The notes under the pieces were generated by a model. That model did no database searches, had not been told where the DNA came from, and saw only the letters and a list, made by a program, of their open reading frames with translations. A stretch of 64,000 bases of DNA from the NCBI GenBank assembly GCA_963708135.1, contig OY970192.1, positions 1,824,001 to 1,888,000 of the forward strand, given 5' to 3'. The translations under genes were made by a program, and so were the position numbers. Positions 9,263-19,054 of this stretch are shown here, in pieces (within the stretch, counting starts at the first letter, position 1; every line of letters begins with the position of its first letter). The stretch comes from an uncultured Gemmatimonadales bacterium. Its GTDB lineage: Bacteria; Gemmatimonadota; Gemmatimonadetes; Longimicrobiales; RSA9.

Positions 9263-10834
9263 ATGGCGGCGGAGAGGTTGTCCATGCGGAAGATCAAGGA
9301 GGTGCTGCGGCTGAAGGCTGCAGGCCATGGGAACCGGGCGATCGCCCGGAGCCTGCGGATCGCGCACAGCACGGTCCGCGAGTACCTGAACCGGGCCGAG
9401 GCGGCGGAGCTGGGCTGGCCGCTGCCGGAGGGGCTGACGGAGGCGGAGCTCGAGGCCCGGCTTTTTCCGCCGCCGCAGCCGTCGAACGTGGCGCGTCCGC
9501 TGCCGGACTGGGCGGAGGTGCACCGGGAGCTGAAGTCGAAGAAGCGGAGCGGCGTCACGCTCCAGCTGCTCTGGCTCGAGTACAAGGAGGACCACCCGTA
9601 CGGGCTCCAGTACAGCCAGTTCTGCGAGCGGTACCGGCGGTGGCGGGGCGGGCTCGACCTGGTGCTCCGGCAGGAGCACCGCGCCGGGGAGAAGGTCTTC
9701 GTGGACTTCGCCGGCCAGACGGTGCCGGTGGTGGACCGGGGCACCGGGGAGATCCGCGAGGCCGAGATCTTCGTCGGGGTGCTGGGCGCCAGCAACTACA
9801 CCTACGCCGAAGCGTGCTGGAGCCAGGAGCTGCCCGAGTGGATCGGCGCGCACGTGCGCATGTACGAGTACTTCGGCGGGGTGCCGCAGCTCACGGTCCC
9901 CGACAACCTGAAGGCAGGGGTCCGCCACGCCTGCTACTACGAGCCGGACCTGAACCCGACGTATCACGAGTTGGCGGTGCACTACGGCACGGCCGTGCTG
10001 CCAGCCCGGGTCCGGAAGCCGAGGGACAAGGCGAAGGCGGAAGCGGGCGTGCTCCTGGTGGAGCGGTGGATCCTGGCCCGGCTCCGGAAGCTGACCTTCT
10101 TCAGCCTGGCCGAGCTGAACCGGGAGATCGCTCGTCTGCTGGAGCTCCTGAACGACCGGCCCTTCCAGAAGCTGGAGGGCAGCCGCCGCTCGCTCTTCGA
10201 GACGCTGGACCGGCCGGCGCTTCTCCCGCTCCCCGAGCAGCGCTACGAGTTTGCCCGCTGGAAGAAGGCCCGGGTCAACATCGACTACCACATCGATGTC
10301 CTCGGCCACTACTACAGCGTGCCCCACACCCTCGTCCGCCAGCAGGTGGACGTGCGCATCACCCGCACGAGCGTCGAGATCCTGCACTCCGGCCGCCGGG
10401 TGGCGGCGCATCTGCGGAGCCACCGCAAGGGTGGCTTCAGCACGGAGCCCGGACACCGGCCCAAGGCGCACCAGAAGCATCTCGAGTGGACGCCGTCGCG
10501 AATCGTCGCCTGGGCCGAGAAGACCGGGCCCGCCACGGGCGAGCTGGCCCGGCAGATCCTCGAGAGCAAGCCGCACCCGGAGCAGGGCTATCGCGCCTGC
10601 CTCGGTCTCCTGAGGCTCGGCGATCGACACTCTCCTGAAAGGCTCGAGGCCGCCTGCGCCCGCGCGTTGCGGATCGGCGGCGTCTCGTACCGCTCGGTCA
10701 AGTCCATCCTCCAGAGCGGACTCGACCGCCTCCCCCTGGAAGAGCAGGCGAGCCTCACCCTGCCCCAGAACCATGAACATCTGCGCGGCGGGACCTACTA
10801 CGCCGCCGCCGCCAACGGAGCCCTCTCATGCTGA
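9263..10834 (+). CDS. istA: IS21 transposase IstA
   Basis: GEKVFVDFAG, VPDNLK, PRDKAKAE, GYRACLGLLRL, HEHLRG. Confidence 0.95.
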   Translation: MAAERLSMRKIKEVLRLKAAGHGNRAIARSLRIAHSTVREYLNRAEAAELGWPLPEGLTEAELEARLFPPPQPSNVARPLPDWAEVHRELKSKKRSGVTLQLLWLEYKEDHPYGLQYSQFCERYRRWRGGLDLVLRQEHRAGEKVFVDFAGQTVPVVDRGTGEIREAEIFVGVLGASNYTYAEACWSQELPEWIGAHVRMYEYFGGVPQLTVPDNLKAGVRHACYYEPDLNPTYHELAVHYGTAVLPARVRKPRDKAKAEAGVLLVERWILARLRKLTFFSLAELNREIARLLELLNDRPFQKLEGSRRSLFETLDRPALLPLPEQRYEFARWKKARVNIDYHIDVLGHYYSVPHTLVRQQVDVRITRTSVEILHSGRRVAAHLRSHRKGGFSTEPGHRPKAHQKHLEWTPSRIVAWAEKTGPATGELARQILESKPHPEQGYRACLGLLRLGDRHSPERLEAACARALRIGGVSYRSVKSILQSGLDRLPLEEQASLTLPQNHEHLRGGTYYAAAANGALSC

Positions 10835-11581
10835 CGCACCAGACCCTCGACCAGCTCCACGAGCTCCGCCTCACCGGCATGGCCCAGGCCCTGGAAGAAC
10901 AGAATGCGCATGCCCGACGTCGAGAGCCTCGCCTTCGACGACCGTCTGGCCCTCCTCCTGGAACGGGAGATCACCTTCCGCGACGACCGGCGCCTCACCC
11001 GGCTCCTCCAGGTGGCCAAGCTCCATCTTCAAGCCGCCATCGAGGACCTCGACTTCCGAAGCCCTCGAGGACTGGAGCGATCCCTCATCCTGCGCCTCTC
11101 CAGCGGCCAGTGGATCCGCGACCACCAGAGCGTCCTGATCTCCGGCGCCACGGGCACCGGCAAGAGCTTCCTGGCCTGCGCCCTCGGTCACAGCGCCTGC
11201 CGCCAGGGCCTGTCCACCCGCTACTACCGCTTCTCCCGGCTCCTCGGAGAGCTGGCTCTGGCCCGGGCCGACGGCTCCTACGCCAAGCTCCTCGACCGCC
11301 TGGCCAAGACCCAACTCCTCATCCTCGATGACTTCGGCCTCGCTCCACTCACCGACTCCGAGCGCCGTGATCTCCTCGAGGTCCTCGAAGACCGCTACGG
11401 CCGACGCGCCACCCTCGTCACCAGCCAGCTGCCCGTCGAGCACTGGCACGCGGTCATGGGAGACGCCACATTCGCCGACGCCATCCTGGATCGGCTCGTC
11501 CACAACGCCCACACCATCACCCTGAAAGGAGCATCCATGCGGCGGAAGAAGAATCAGACCCCCGCCGTCGCCGAGTCCTGA
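10828..11581 (+). pseudogene. istB: IstB with a +1 frameshift near 10903 (real or sequencing error)
   Basis: MLTHQTLDQLHELRLTGM in one frame; GATGTGKS, LILDDFG, TSQLP, LDRLVHNA in another; extra A in CAGAATG. Confidence 0.85.
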
Positions 11582-11704
11582 ACACGCCAGCGTCGCTTCG
11601 CTCCGACCGGGTGGACGGCATGGACCGGAACGGGTGGACGGCTTGCGCCGGAACCGCTGGACGGCTTCCTCCGGAACTCGTGGACGGAATCACCGGAATA
11701 GGCA

Positions 11705-11844
11705 CGATCCGCCCGGACGAGCTGAGAGCGGCGTTCACCGCCGCCGGTGGATGGAGTATCGCCGAGCTGAGCGCGGAGCGCATCGAGACGCGATTTCACG
11801 ACAACGGCGCACCGGCCTGGTTGGCGACCATCCAAAGGATTTAG
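11705..11844 (+). pseudogene. C-terminal fragment of a class I SAM methyltransferase (first few bases at 9033-9041)
   Basis: IRPDELRAAF...IETRFHDNGAPAWLATIQRI*; family recalled from similar C-termini. Confidence 0.55.
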
Positions 11845-11941
11845 GCGTGCGTGGGCGCGCGCCGGCGGACCTGGCAGCGCCTCGGCGGACCCTCGCGCGT
11901 GCAGCACCGCCGAGCGGCCCTTGGTGGCGCCGGCGGCCTCC

Positions 11942-12103
11942 TCAGTCCTGCGGCGCCATCGGCAGCTCGCGCACGTGCCGGCCCGTGAGCGCGAACCAGG
12001 CGTTGGTGAGCGCCGGGGCGGCGGGTGGGAGGCCCGGCTCGCCGACCCCCCCCGGGTCCTCGCGGCTGTCCACGATGTGCACGTCGATCTCGGGCGCCTC
12101 CAG
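11942..12103 (-). pseudogene. C-terminal fragment of a xanthine dehydrogenase-family (IorB-like) molybdopterin subunit
   Basis: EAPEIDVHIVDSREDPGGVGEPGLPPAAPALTNAWFALTGRHVRELP; cut exactly at the tmRNA-like block. Confidence 0.9.
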
Positions 12104-12128
12104 TGGAGCCGGCGGGAGTCGAACCCGC
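12104..12128 (-). repeat. 25-bp copy of the tmRNA 3' end (T-arm, acceptor strand, discriminator)
   Basis: GCGGGTTCGACTCCCGCCGGCTCCA identical to 30515-30539 and 23761-23785. Confidence 0.97.
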
Positions 12129-12288
12129 ACCAGATCCCCCACCCCCGGATCGCGATTCGCCAGTAACCGCAACAACTATGAGCGGTTTCGACCGTCGGGG
12201 TGTGGGCCGCCAGGTCCGGCGCTGACGGCCGGCGCGTTGTCCCGCTCCGCCATGGTGGTGCCCCGGGTCTCGTCGAACCCTTCGGGGC

Positions 12289-13869
12289 ATGCCCACCGTC
12301 GCACGCCCCCGATCCGTTTGGGTCCCGCCGCAGGCGCAGGCGCACCGCCCAGGGCACTCCGCAACGCCACCCGCCCAGGCCGCCGTTTACCGCCGACGAC
12401 GGCCCACGGCCACGCCCCTCTACCCCATCGTCCAGCACCACATCGAGGGCTTCCTGGCCCGGGCCGCCGAAGCCGATCCCTGGGGCGAGGGCGTGGCCGG
12501 CTGGGTCGAGGCCGACTTCCGGGCCTACCTCCGCTGCGGCATCCTGGCCCACGGCTTCGCCCGCGTCCGCTGTGACGACTGCGCCGCCGAGCGCCTCGTC
12601 GCCTTCTCCTGCAAGGGCCGCGGCGTCTGCCCCTCCTGCAACGCCCGCCGGATGGTCGAGGTCGCCGCGCACCTGAACAACGCCGTCCTGCCGCCGCTCC
12701 CGATCCGCCAATGGGTCCTCTCCGTCCCGAAGCGGATCCGCCCCTTCTTCCACCACGATCCCGCCCTTGCCGGCGCCGTGCTCCGGATCCTGCTCCGGGC
12801 CGTCCGCACCCGCCTGCGTCACGGCAGTCCCGGTGCCGGCCCGGACGCGCAGATCGGCGCCGTCTCCTTCCTCCACCGCTTCGGCTCCGCCCTCAATCCC
12901 CACTTCCACTTCCACGTCGTGGTTCTCAATGGCGTCTTCACCGGGACCGTGGACGGCGAGGTCCGCTTCGATGAGGCGACCCACTTTTCCGCCGACGACG
13001 CCTCCGCCCTCACGCCCATCCTCCAGCGCCGCATCCTGCGCCTCTTCCAACGCCGCGGCCTCCTCGAGGAGCACACGGTGAACGACATGCTCACCTGGCA
13101 GGGCACCGGCGGCTTCAGCCTCGACGCCTCCGTCCGCATCCACGGCGCCGACCGGGCCGGCCGCGAGCGCCTCCTCCGCTACTGCGCCCGGCCGCCGTTT
13201 GCCCTCGATCGCCTGCGGATCGAGCGTCAGTCCGGAGGGCGGGCCGACGACGACGCGGGGGTCCGCCGCGTGTTCTACCGACCCTCCCGGCCCACCTCCG
13301 ACGGACGCGCTCTCCTCGCCCTCTCACCCCTCCAGTTTCTGGAAGCACTTTCCCAGCTGATCCCGCCGCCCCGGGTTCACCGCCACCGCTACCACGGCGT
13401 TCTCGCCCCCAACGCACGGCTCCGGCCCCGGGTCGTCGCCCTCGAACGCGACGCAGAGGCCCACGCGGACGAAGCCCACGGCGAGGGGCCCGGGGTCCAC
13501 ACCTACAACGAGCCCGCTACCACCCTCACCGGCGCCGCCGCCCGCTCCCGCTGGGCCCAGCTCCTCGCCCGCATCTACGAGGTCTTCCCCCTCCGCTGCC
13601 CCGAGTGCGGCTCGCAGATGCGCATCCTCGCTTTCCTCACCGACCCCGCGCCCGTGGGCGCCATCCTCCGACATCTCGACCTGCCCCACACCACACCGCC
13701 GCTCTCCCCCGCACGCGCTCCACCCCAAGCCGCACTCGCGCTCGACGCCGAGCCCCTCGCACCCGCCGATGCCCTGCCCCGCGACGACTTCGACCAGACG
13801 CCCGCGTTCGATCCGGCTGACCCCGAGCCCCTACCCGAGCTCGACCTCGACCAGACCCGCGGCGCCTGA
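12289..13869 (+). CDS. IS91/ISCR-family rolling-circle transposase
   Basis: 526 aa, same motifs as copy 1. Confidence 0.95.
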   Translation: MPTVARPRSVWVPPQAQAHRPGHSATPPAQAAVYRRRRPTATPLYPIVQHHIEGFLARAAEADPWGEGVAGWVEADFRAYLRCGILAHGFARVRCDDCAAERLVAFSCKGRGVCPSCNARRMVEVAAHLNNAVLPPLPIRQWVLSVPKRIRPFFHHDPALAGAVLRILLRAVRTRLRHGSPGAGPDAQIGAVSFLHRFGSALNPHFHFHVVVLNGVFTGTVDGEVRFDEATHFSADDASALTPILQRRILRLFQRRGLLEEHTVNDMLTWQGTGGFSLDASVRIHGADRAGRERLLRYCARPPFALDRLRIERQSGGRADDDAGVRRVFYRPSRPTSDGRALLALSPLQFLEALSQLIPPPRVHRHRYHGVLAPNARLRPRVVALERDAEAHADEAHGEGPGVHTYNEPATTLTGAAARSRWAQLLARIYEVFPLRCPECGSQMRILAFLTDPAPVGAILRHLDLPHTTPPLSPARAPPQAALALDAEPLAPADALPRDDFDQTPAFDPADPEPLPELDLDQTRGA

Positions 13870-14052
13870 ACGGCCAGGTGCGCCCGGCAACCGCTACAGG
13901 CGCCAGGTCACACCCACATCCAATGCCGAATCGACCGGAACCTCCACCCAATCCCGCTCGCCCGCCCATCACCCCCACCCTTGACCCGGCGAAACCACCC
14001 CGCCTATCCTACCGAAAGCAGCCGAAACGGCGTTTGGATTTCCTATCCCTGA

Positions 14053-14241
14053 CGAGCTCACCGAGAGTATTTACATTTTGGATCGCCCAAGATATCGCCT
14101 CCACCTCAAACAAATGATGCGGGTGTTCTCAACAACTGGAAGCTAGAGGCAGTTAAGCAGCTTCAGACACTCATTGAAAAGGAATACGGAAAGACCTTGG
14201 AAACCCTTCTTATCCACCTTGCGAAGAGTTTGCATGAGTAG
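14053..14241 (+). pseudogene. Low-GC ORF tail truncated by the copy 3 oriIS
   Basis: Open frame ...NNWKLEAVKQLQTLIEKEYGKTLETLLIHLAKSLHE* with no visible start upstream. Confidence 0.5.
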
Positions 14242-14294
14242 CTATTCCTTCTATTGCCGCCTGAGGCAAAACACAAAATCATAGGGGAGGAAAC

Positions 14295-14681
14295 TTGAGC
14301 GATCGGGAGCAGGTTGTCGTAAAGACGTACAAGGGAAGGGAATCGAAAGCCGCAGAGCTGTTTCAAGAAGACGCAGCGAAAATGGCATTACAGGGTTACA
14401 TTCCGACATCGCAGAGTTGGGCTCCGGGTGCCTATGGGTGCGGCTCCTTCCTCTTCGCGCTGCTACTGTGCTTTGTCCTGATCGGATTCTTGGTTTTCAT
14501 TTACATGCTGCTGGTTAAGCCGGACGGAACACTTTCTGTAACGTACGAGCTGCGAATCGAAGTGCAAGGCTCGAAGCAATCTGCTCCAACCGCGGAAAAG
14601 ACATGCCCAAAGTGTGCGGAAAACGTAAAGGCGGCAGCTACTGTTTGTCGCTTCTGCGGACACAACTTCGAGCCGGCCTAA
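14295..14681 (+). CDS. Membrane protein with a C-terminal zinc ribbon; integron cassette ORF
   Basis: GGAGG RBS, TM segment, CPKCAENVKAAATVCRFCG; stop codon lies inside the attC inverse core. Confidence 0.85.
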   Translation: MSDREQVVVKTYKGRESKAAELFQEDAAKMALQGYIPTSQSWAPGAYGCGSFLFALLLCFVLIGFLVFIYMLLVKPDGTLSVTYELRIEVQGSKQSAPTAEKTCPKCAENVKAAATVCRFCGHNFEPA

Positions 14682-14736
14682 CAAGGCCATGCAGGCGACG
14701 TCCGAAGACGCACGCGCCTGATGGCCGGCGTTAGGG
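14676..14736 (+). other. Integron attC site (about 61 bp)
   Basis: Inverse core GCCTAAC, core GTTAGGG, inner GCCATGCAGGCG / CGCCTGATGGC pairing with one extrahelical G. Confidence 0.85.
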
Positions 14737-14894
14737 TTACAACAATGAAGCGTTCTCTCTGGAAACAAAGTCTTACCAAAAACTGGTGCCCTGCGTGGCC
14801 GTGCCCCGTTTGCCGAAAGGAGTCTGTAAAGCTTGTACCAAAATCACTTATATATAAAGAAAACGTCAATTCAAAACGAGCGCACAGCCATGAA

Positions 14895-16655
14895 CCTCCC
14901 GTATTCACCACGCGTAGGTTGAGCCGATTGAGCGCGTGATTTGGAATTCGGCGGCGGCGTGCGTGGCGCCCGGGCTGATTACGGGGACAGCCCCCCTTTC
15001 CCCCGGCGCGCCGCCGACGGCTCCGTGCTCCGATCGCTCCCCGCCCGAGAAGGCCTACGCTGGAGTGGGCAGGGCCAGGGCGGCGGGGGAGCCGCGGGCC
15101 GAGTAGCGCCGGCTCATTTCTCGCCAGAAGCGCTGCCACAGGTGCGCGCGGCCCGCGTCGATGACGAGCGTGAGTCGTCGGCCGCTCACCAGCACGCGTC
15201 CCGCCGCTTTGAGCACGAGTTGGCGGAAGCGCTGGCGGGTCATGACCTGACGTTCGCCGCACGAGACCAGTTCTGCGCCAGCTCTCAGCAGGTTGGCCGC
15301 GATGAGGCTCAGCAGCAGGCGCGCCTCGTTGGCGCCGAAGCTGTCGGTGTCGGGCTCGGGCGTGGCGACGCTCCGCCCGCGGTAGTGCTTCTTGGGCCGC
15401 GGCGCCGACGAGAGCGCCAGCGCCAGCGTGCTTTTCCAGTCCCCGAACTCCCGCTCGGCTTCTCCCCGCGCCCGGTAGCGCTCCAGCAGCGCCGGGCCGT
15501 CTACCTCTTCGGTGCTCGCGTTCGTGAGCAGGAAAAAATGGTCGAGGAACAGCTCCCCCTGCTCGTCCGAGCGCTCCAGCATCACGAGCACCACCCGGCG
15601 CGCATGGTCCCAGCGCCCGGCAGCATAGGTCAGCTCGTGCGTCCAGATCCGACCTTCGGCCGGCGGGTGTCCAGGCGGCCGCTTCAGGTACGGCGCCGCG
15701 AGTCTCTCCAGGCGTGCATTCCCACGCAGCCGGGCCACGTAGCGCACGCCCTCGTCCTCCAGCGTGGCCAGCAACTCGTTCTCCGGGAATCCCGCATCCA
15801 TGCGCAGCCACACCTGCTCCGCCTGCGTCTTCGCCCAGAGCACCGCGGGGACCACAAAGCCCAGCGCGCCTTGCGCCGTGTGCGCGTTTCCCTCTCGCAG
15901 CTCGGCCGCCAGGAAGTCTCCCAACTCCCAGCGCAGCACCAGCGGGTGGTAGCAGCAGCAGCCATAGTGCGCGTTCCACGAGCTGCCCGGCTGCAGCCCG
16001 TGCACTTCGACCGGCAGCGAATCCAGATCCAGCGTGACCTCCGCAACGCGCGGCGCGTTCCGGCCCCGCCGCCGCTCCGCACCCCGCAGCAGGAGCGTGG
16101 AAAGGCCCTGCCGGTTTCCCGGGTCGGCCAGCACCGCCAGGAGCCGCGACAGGGTTGGCTGAGAGGCCAGCCCGGAGGCCGCGCCCGCAGCCCCACCCCG
16201 CACCGGCGCCGTCCCCCGGCGCCGCGACACGGCCACGCGCAGCGCCGGATCGGCGCGCAGCAGGTCCGCATCCCGCTGGTCCGTCCATCCCTGCGCCAGC
16301 AGGAGCACCTGCGTGAGCATCAGCTCGAGGAAGTCGTGCGTGATCCGCGCGGGGTCGCGCGGGTCGTGCAGGTGGTGGTGGACCAGCGCCGGGAAGCCCA
16401 GCCGCTCCAGCAGCGCACGCAACAGCACCGCGCCCGCGTCCGAGGTCAGCCGCTCCGGTCGCGCCTCCACGCCCATCGAACGGTTGAAATCCAGCCGGAA
16501 AAGTGTACCTTGTTCTTCACCCATGGCGTGTTTGTCGTGTGGTCCGGAAGGATGGTTTGGTTTGCACCCCCATCTCACGGTCACACAGGCAGATGCGCCA
16601 TGGGCGCTTACGCCCTACACAACCCCTCCACTAACCCGCTCGTGAATACGGCAGG
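14895..16655 (-). mobile_element. IS1380-family element, copy A (1761 bp)
   Basis: IRs CCTCCCGTATTCAC / GTGAATACGGCAGG; 5-bp target duplication ATGAA. Confidence 0.95.
15055..16524 (-). CDS. IS1380-family DDE transposase
   Basis: LTSDAG, LASQPTLSR, LDLDS, WNAHYG..CYHPL, LRMDAGF, YRARGEAE. Confidence 0.95.
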   Translation of the reverse strand: MGEEQGTLFRLDFNRSMGVEARPERLTSDAGAVLLRALLERLGFPALVHHHLHDPRDPARITHDFLELMLTQVLLLAQGWTDQRDADLLRADPALRVAVSRRRGTAPVRGGAAGAASGLASQPTLSRLLAVLADPGNRQGLSTLLLRGAERRRGRNAPRVAEVTLDLDSLPVEVHGLQPGSSWNAHYGCCCYHPLVLRWELGDFLAAELREGNAHTAQGALGFVVPAVLWAKTQAEQVWLRMDAGFPENELLATLEDEGVRYVARLRGNARLERLAAPYLKRPPGHPPAEGRIWTHELTYAAGRWDHARRVVLVMLERSDEQGELFLDHFFLLTNASTEEVDGPALLERYRARGEAEREFGDWKSTLALALSSAPRPKKHYRGRSVATPEPDTDSFGANEARLLLSLIAANLLRAGAELVSCGERQVMTRQRFRQLVLKAAGRVLVSGRRLTLVIDAGRAHLWQRFWREMSRRYSARGSPAALALPTPA

Positions 16656-16684
16656 ATGAAGCATGGGACCCTGATTGGATTGAA

Positions 16685-18445
16685 CCTCCCGTATTCACCA
16701 CGCGTAGGTTGAGCCGATTGAGCGCGTGATTTGGAATTCGGCGGCGGCGTGCGTGGCGCCCGGGCTGATTACGGGGACAGCCCCCCTTTCCCCCGGCGCG
16801 CCGCCGACGGCTCCGTGCTCCGATCGCTCCCCGCCCGAGAAGGCCTACGCTGGAGTGGGCAGGGCCAGGGCGGCGGGGGAGCCGCGGGCCGAGTAGCGCC
16901 GGCTCATTTCTCGCCAGAAGCGCTGCCACAGGTGCGCGCGGCCCGCGTCGATGACGAGCGTGAGTCGTCGGCCGCTCACCAGCACGCGTCCCGCCGCTTT
17001 GAGCACGAGTTGGCGGAAGCGCTGGCGGGTCATGACCTGACGTTCGCCGCACGAGACCAGTTCTGCGCCAGCTCTCAGCAGGTTGGCCGCGATGAGGCTC
17101 AGCAGCAGGCGCGCCTCGTTGGCGCCGAAGCTGTCGGTGTCGGGCTCGGGCGTGGCGACGCTCCGCCCGCGGTAGTGCTTCTTGGGCCGCGGCGCCGACG
17201 AGAGCGCCAGCGCCAGCGTGCTTTTCCAGTCCCCGAACTCCCGCTCGGCTTCTCCCCGCGCCCGGTAGCGCTCCAGCAGCGCCGGGCCGTCTACCTCTTC
17301 GGTGCTCGCGTTCGTGAGCAGGAAAAAATGGTCGAGGAACAGCTCCCCCTGCTCGTCCGAGCGCTCCAGCATCACGAGCACCACCCGGCGCGCATGGTCC
17401 CAGCGCCCGGCAGCATAGGTCAGCTCGTGCGTCCAGATCCGACCTTCGGCCGGCGGGTGTCCAGGCGGCCGCTTCAGGTACGGCGCCGCGAGTCTCTCCA
17501 GGCGTGCATTCCCACGCAGCCGGGCCACGTAGCGCACGCCCTCGTCCTCCAGCGTGGCCAGCAACTCGTTCTCCGGGAATCCCGCATCCATGCGCAGCCA
17601 CACCTGCTCCGCCTGCGTCTTCGCCCAGAGCACCGCGGGGACCACAAAGCCCAGCGCGCCTTGCGCCGTGTGCGCGTTTCCCTCTCGCAGCTCGGCCGCC
17701 AGGAAGTCTCCCAACTCCCAGCGCAGCACCAGCGGGTGGTAGCAGCAGCAGCCATAGTGCGCGTTCCACGAGCTGCCCGGCTGCAGCCCGTGCACTTCGA
17801 CCGGCAGCGAATCCAGATCCAGCGTGACCTCCGCAACGCGCGGCGCGTTCCGGCCCCGCCGCCGCTCCGCACCCCGCAGCAGGAGCGTGGAAAGGCCCTG
17901 CCGGTTTCCCGGGTCGGCCAGCACCGCCAGGAGCCGCGACAGGGTTGGCTGAGAGGCCAGCCCGGAGGCCGCGCCCGCAGCCCCACCCCGCACCGGCGCC
18001 GTCCCCCGGCGCCGCGACACGGCCACGCGCAGCGCCGGATCGGCGCGCAGCAGGTCCGCATCCCGCTGGTCCGTCCATCCCTGCGCCAGCAGGAGCACCT
18101 GCGTGAGCATCAGCTCGAGGAAGTCGTGCGTGATCCGCGCGGGGTCGCGCGGGTCGTGCAGGTGGTGGTGGACCAGCGCCGGGAAGCCCAGCCGCTCCAG
18201 CAGCGCACGCAACAGCACCGCGCCCGCGTCCGAGGTCAGCCGCTCCGGTCGCGCCTCCACGCCCATCGAACGGTTGAAATCCAGCCGGAAAAGTGTACCT
18301 TGTTCTTCACCCATGGCGTGTTTGTCGTGTGGTCCGGAAGGATGGTTTGGTTTGCACCCCCATCTTACGGTCACACAGGCAGATGCGCCATGGGCGCTTA
18401 CGCCCTACACAACCCCTCCACTAACCCGCTCGTGAATACGACAGG
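16685..18445 (-). mobile_element. IS1380-family element, copy B
   Basis: Near-identical to copy A, with its own 5-bp target duplication TTGAA. Confidence 0.95.
16845..18314 (-). CDS. IS1380-family DDE transposase
   Basis: Same protein as copy A. Confidence 0.95.
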   Translation of the reverse strand: MGEEQGTLFRLDFNRSMGVEARPERLTSDAGAVLLRALLERLGFPALVHHHLHDPRDPARITHDFLELMLTQVLLLAQGWTDQRDADLLRADPALRVAVSRRRGTAPVRGGAAGAASGLASQPTLSRLLAVLADPGNRQGLSTLLLRGAERRRGRNAPRVAEVTLDLDSLPVEVHGLQPGSSWNAHYGCCCYHPLVLRWELGDFLAAELREGNAHTAQGALGFVVPAVLWAKTQAEQVWLRMDAGFPENELLATLEDEGVRYVARLRGNARLERLAAPYLKRPPGHPPAEGRIWTHELTYAAGRWDHARRVVLVMLERSDEQGELFLDHFFLLTNASTEEVDGPALLERYRARGEAEREFGDWKSTLALALSSAPRPKKHYRGRSVATPEPDTDSFGANEARLLLSLIAANLLRAGAELVSCGERQVMTRQRFRQLVLKAAGRVLVSGRRLTLVIDAGRAHLWQRFWREMSRRYSARGSPAALALPTPA

Positions 18446-19054
18446 TTGAATACACATTTACCGCCTGGGCGGAATGCGGACATCAATCTTGTAAACAGCA
18501 GTTTGCAATAGCTGGCGTAGGTGGCGTCTCACCTGAACAGACTGAGGACGGGTTTGAGTGGGAGGACTACTTCGCACCTCAAATCTGCCAACCCATGCCA
18601 GATATGTTGGATTTTCCAAAAAAATGTCCGGACGAAGTCAAAGAAGAACTCCGAGCGGCATTTGGGCTCTTCTGGTCGCACCAAGCTGCCTGTGCTGGTC
18701 GGATTCGCGTTTCCCTTGAGTGCCTGATGAACCACTTAGGTTAGGCATACCAAAACGAAAGAAAGATAAGAACGGAAAATATTTTGACTTATCTTATCTC
18801 TCCATGCGCGCATTGATGTCTTTGCAAAAGCAGAGCCGAATGTAGGTTCACATCTAATGGCGCTGAAATGGTTAGGAAACGCTGGAAGTCACAATGGAGA
18901 AGTCAGGAAAGACGACTTGCTGGATGCGTTCGAAATTATGGAGCATGCGCTAGTTGAGATCATAGACAAGCGCTCGGCCAAAGTTGCTGCCCTAGCCAAA
19001 AAAATTACAAAAAAACATGGTCGATAGAAACTCTACCTTGTCACTCAACCGGAC

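Larger units (their letters stand above)
9042..11704 (+). mobile_element. IS21-family element 2
   Basis: Ends TGCGTATTCCGG...CCGGAATAGGCA; arrays of about 23-bp terminal repeats; 7-bp target duplication CGATCCG at 9035-9041 and 11705-11711. Confidence 0.95.
12104..14050 (+). mobile_element. ISCR-like copy 3 (with a 252-bp passenger at 11852-12103)
   Basis: Near-identical to copy 4 from 11852/23508 to the oriIS. Confidence 0.92.
14745..19027 (+). pseudogene. DUF4145-like cassette gene broken by two IS1380 copies and two 5-bp duplications
   Basis: Reconstructs to MKRSLWK..CPVC..HSHEAWDPDWIEY..RVSLECLMNHLGIP..LSLHARID..LKWLGNAGSH..KKHGR*. Confidence 0.85.

Noticed and set aside
12104..12128. 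tRNA genes here and at 23761-23785
   Set aside because: Only the T-arm and 3' acceptor strand are present; there is no 5' half.
14895..18445. IS1380 pair as a composite transposon or a pure assembly duplication
   Set aside because: Each copy has a distinct target duplication and the spacer is in-frame target gene sequence.
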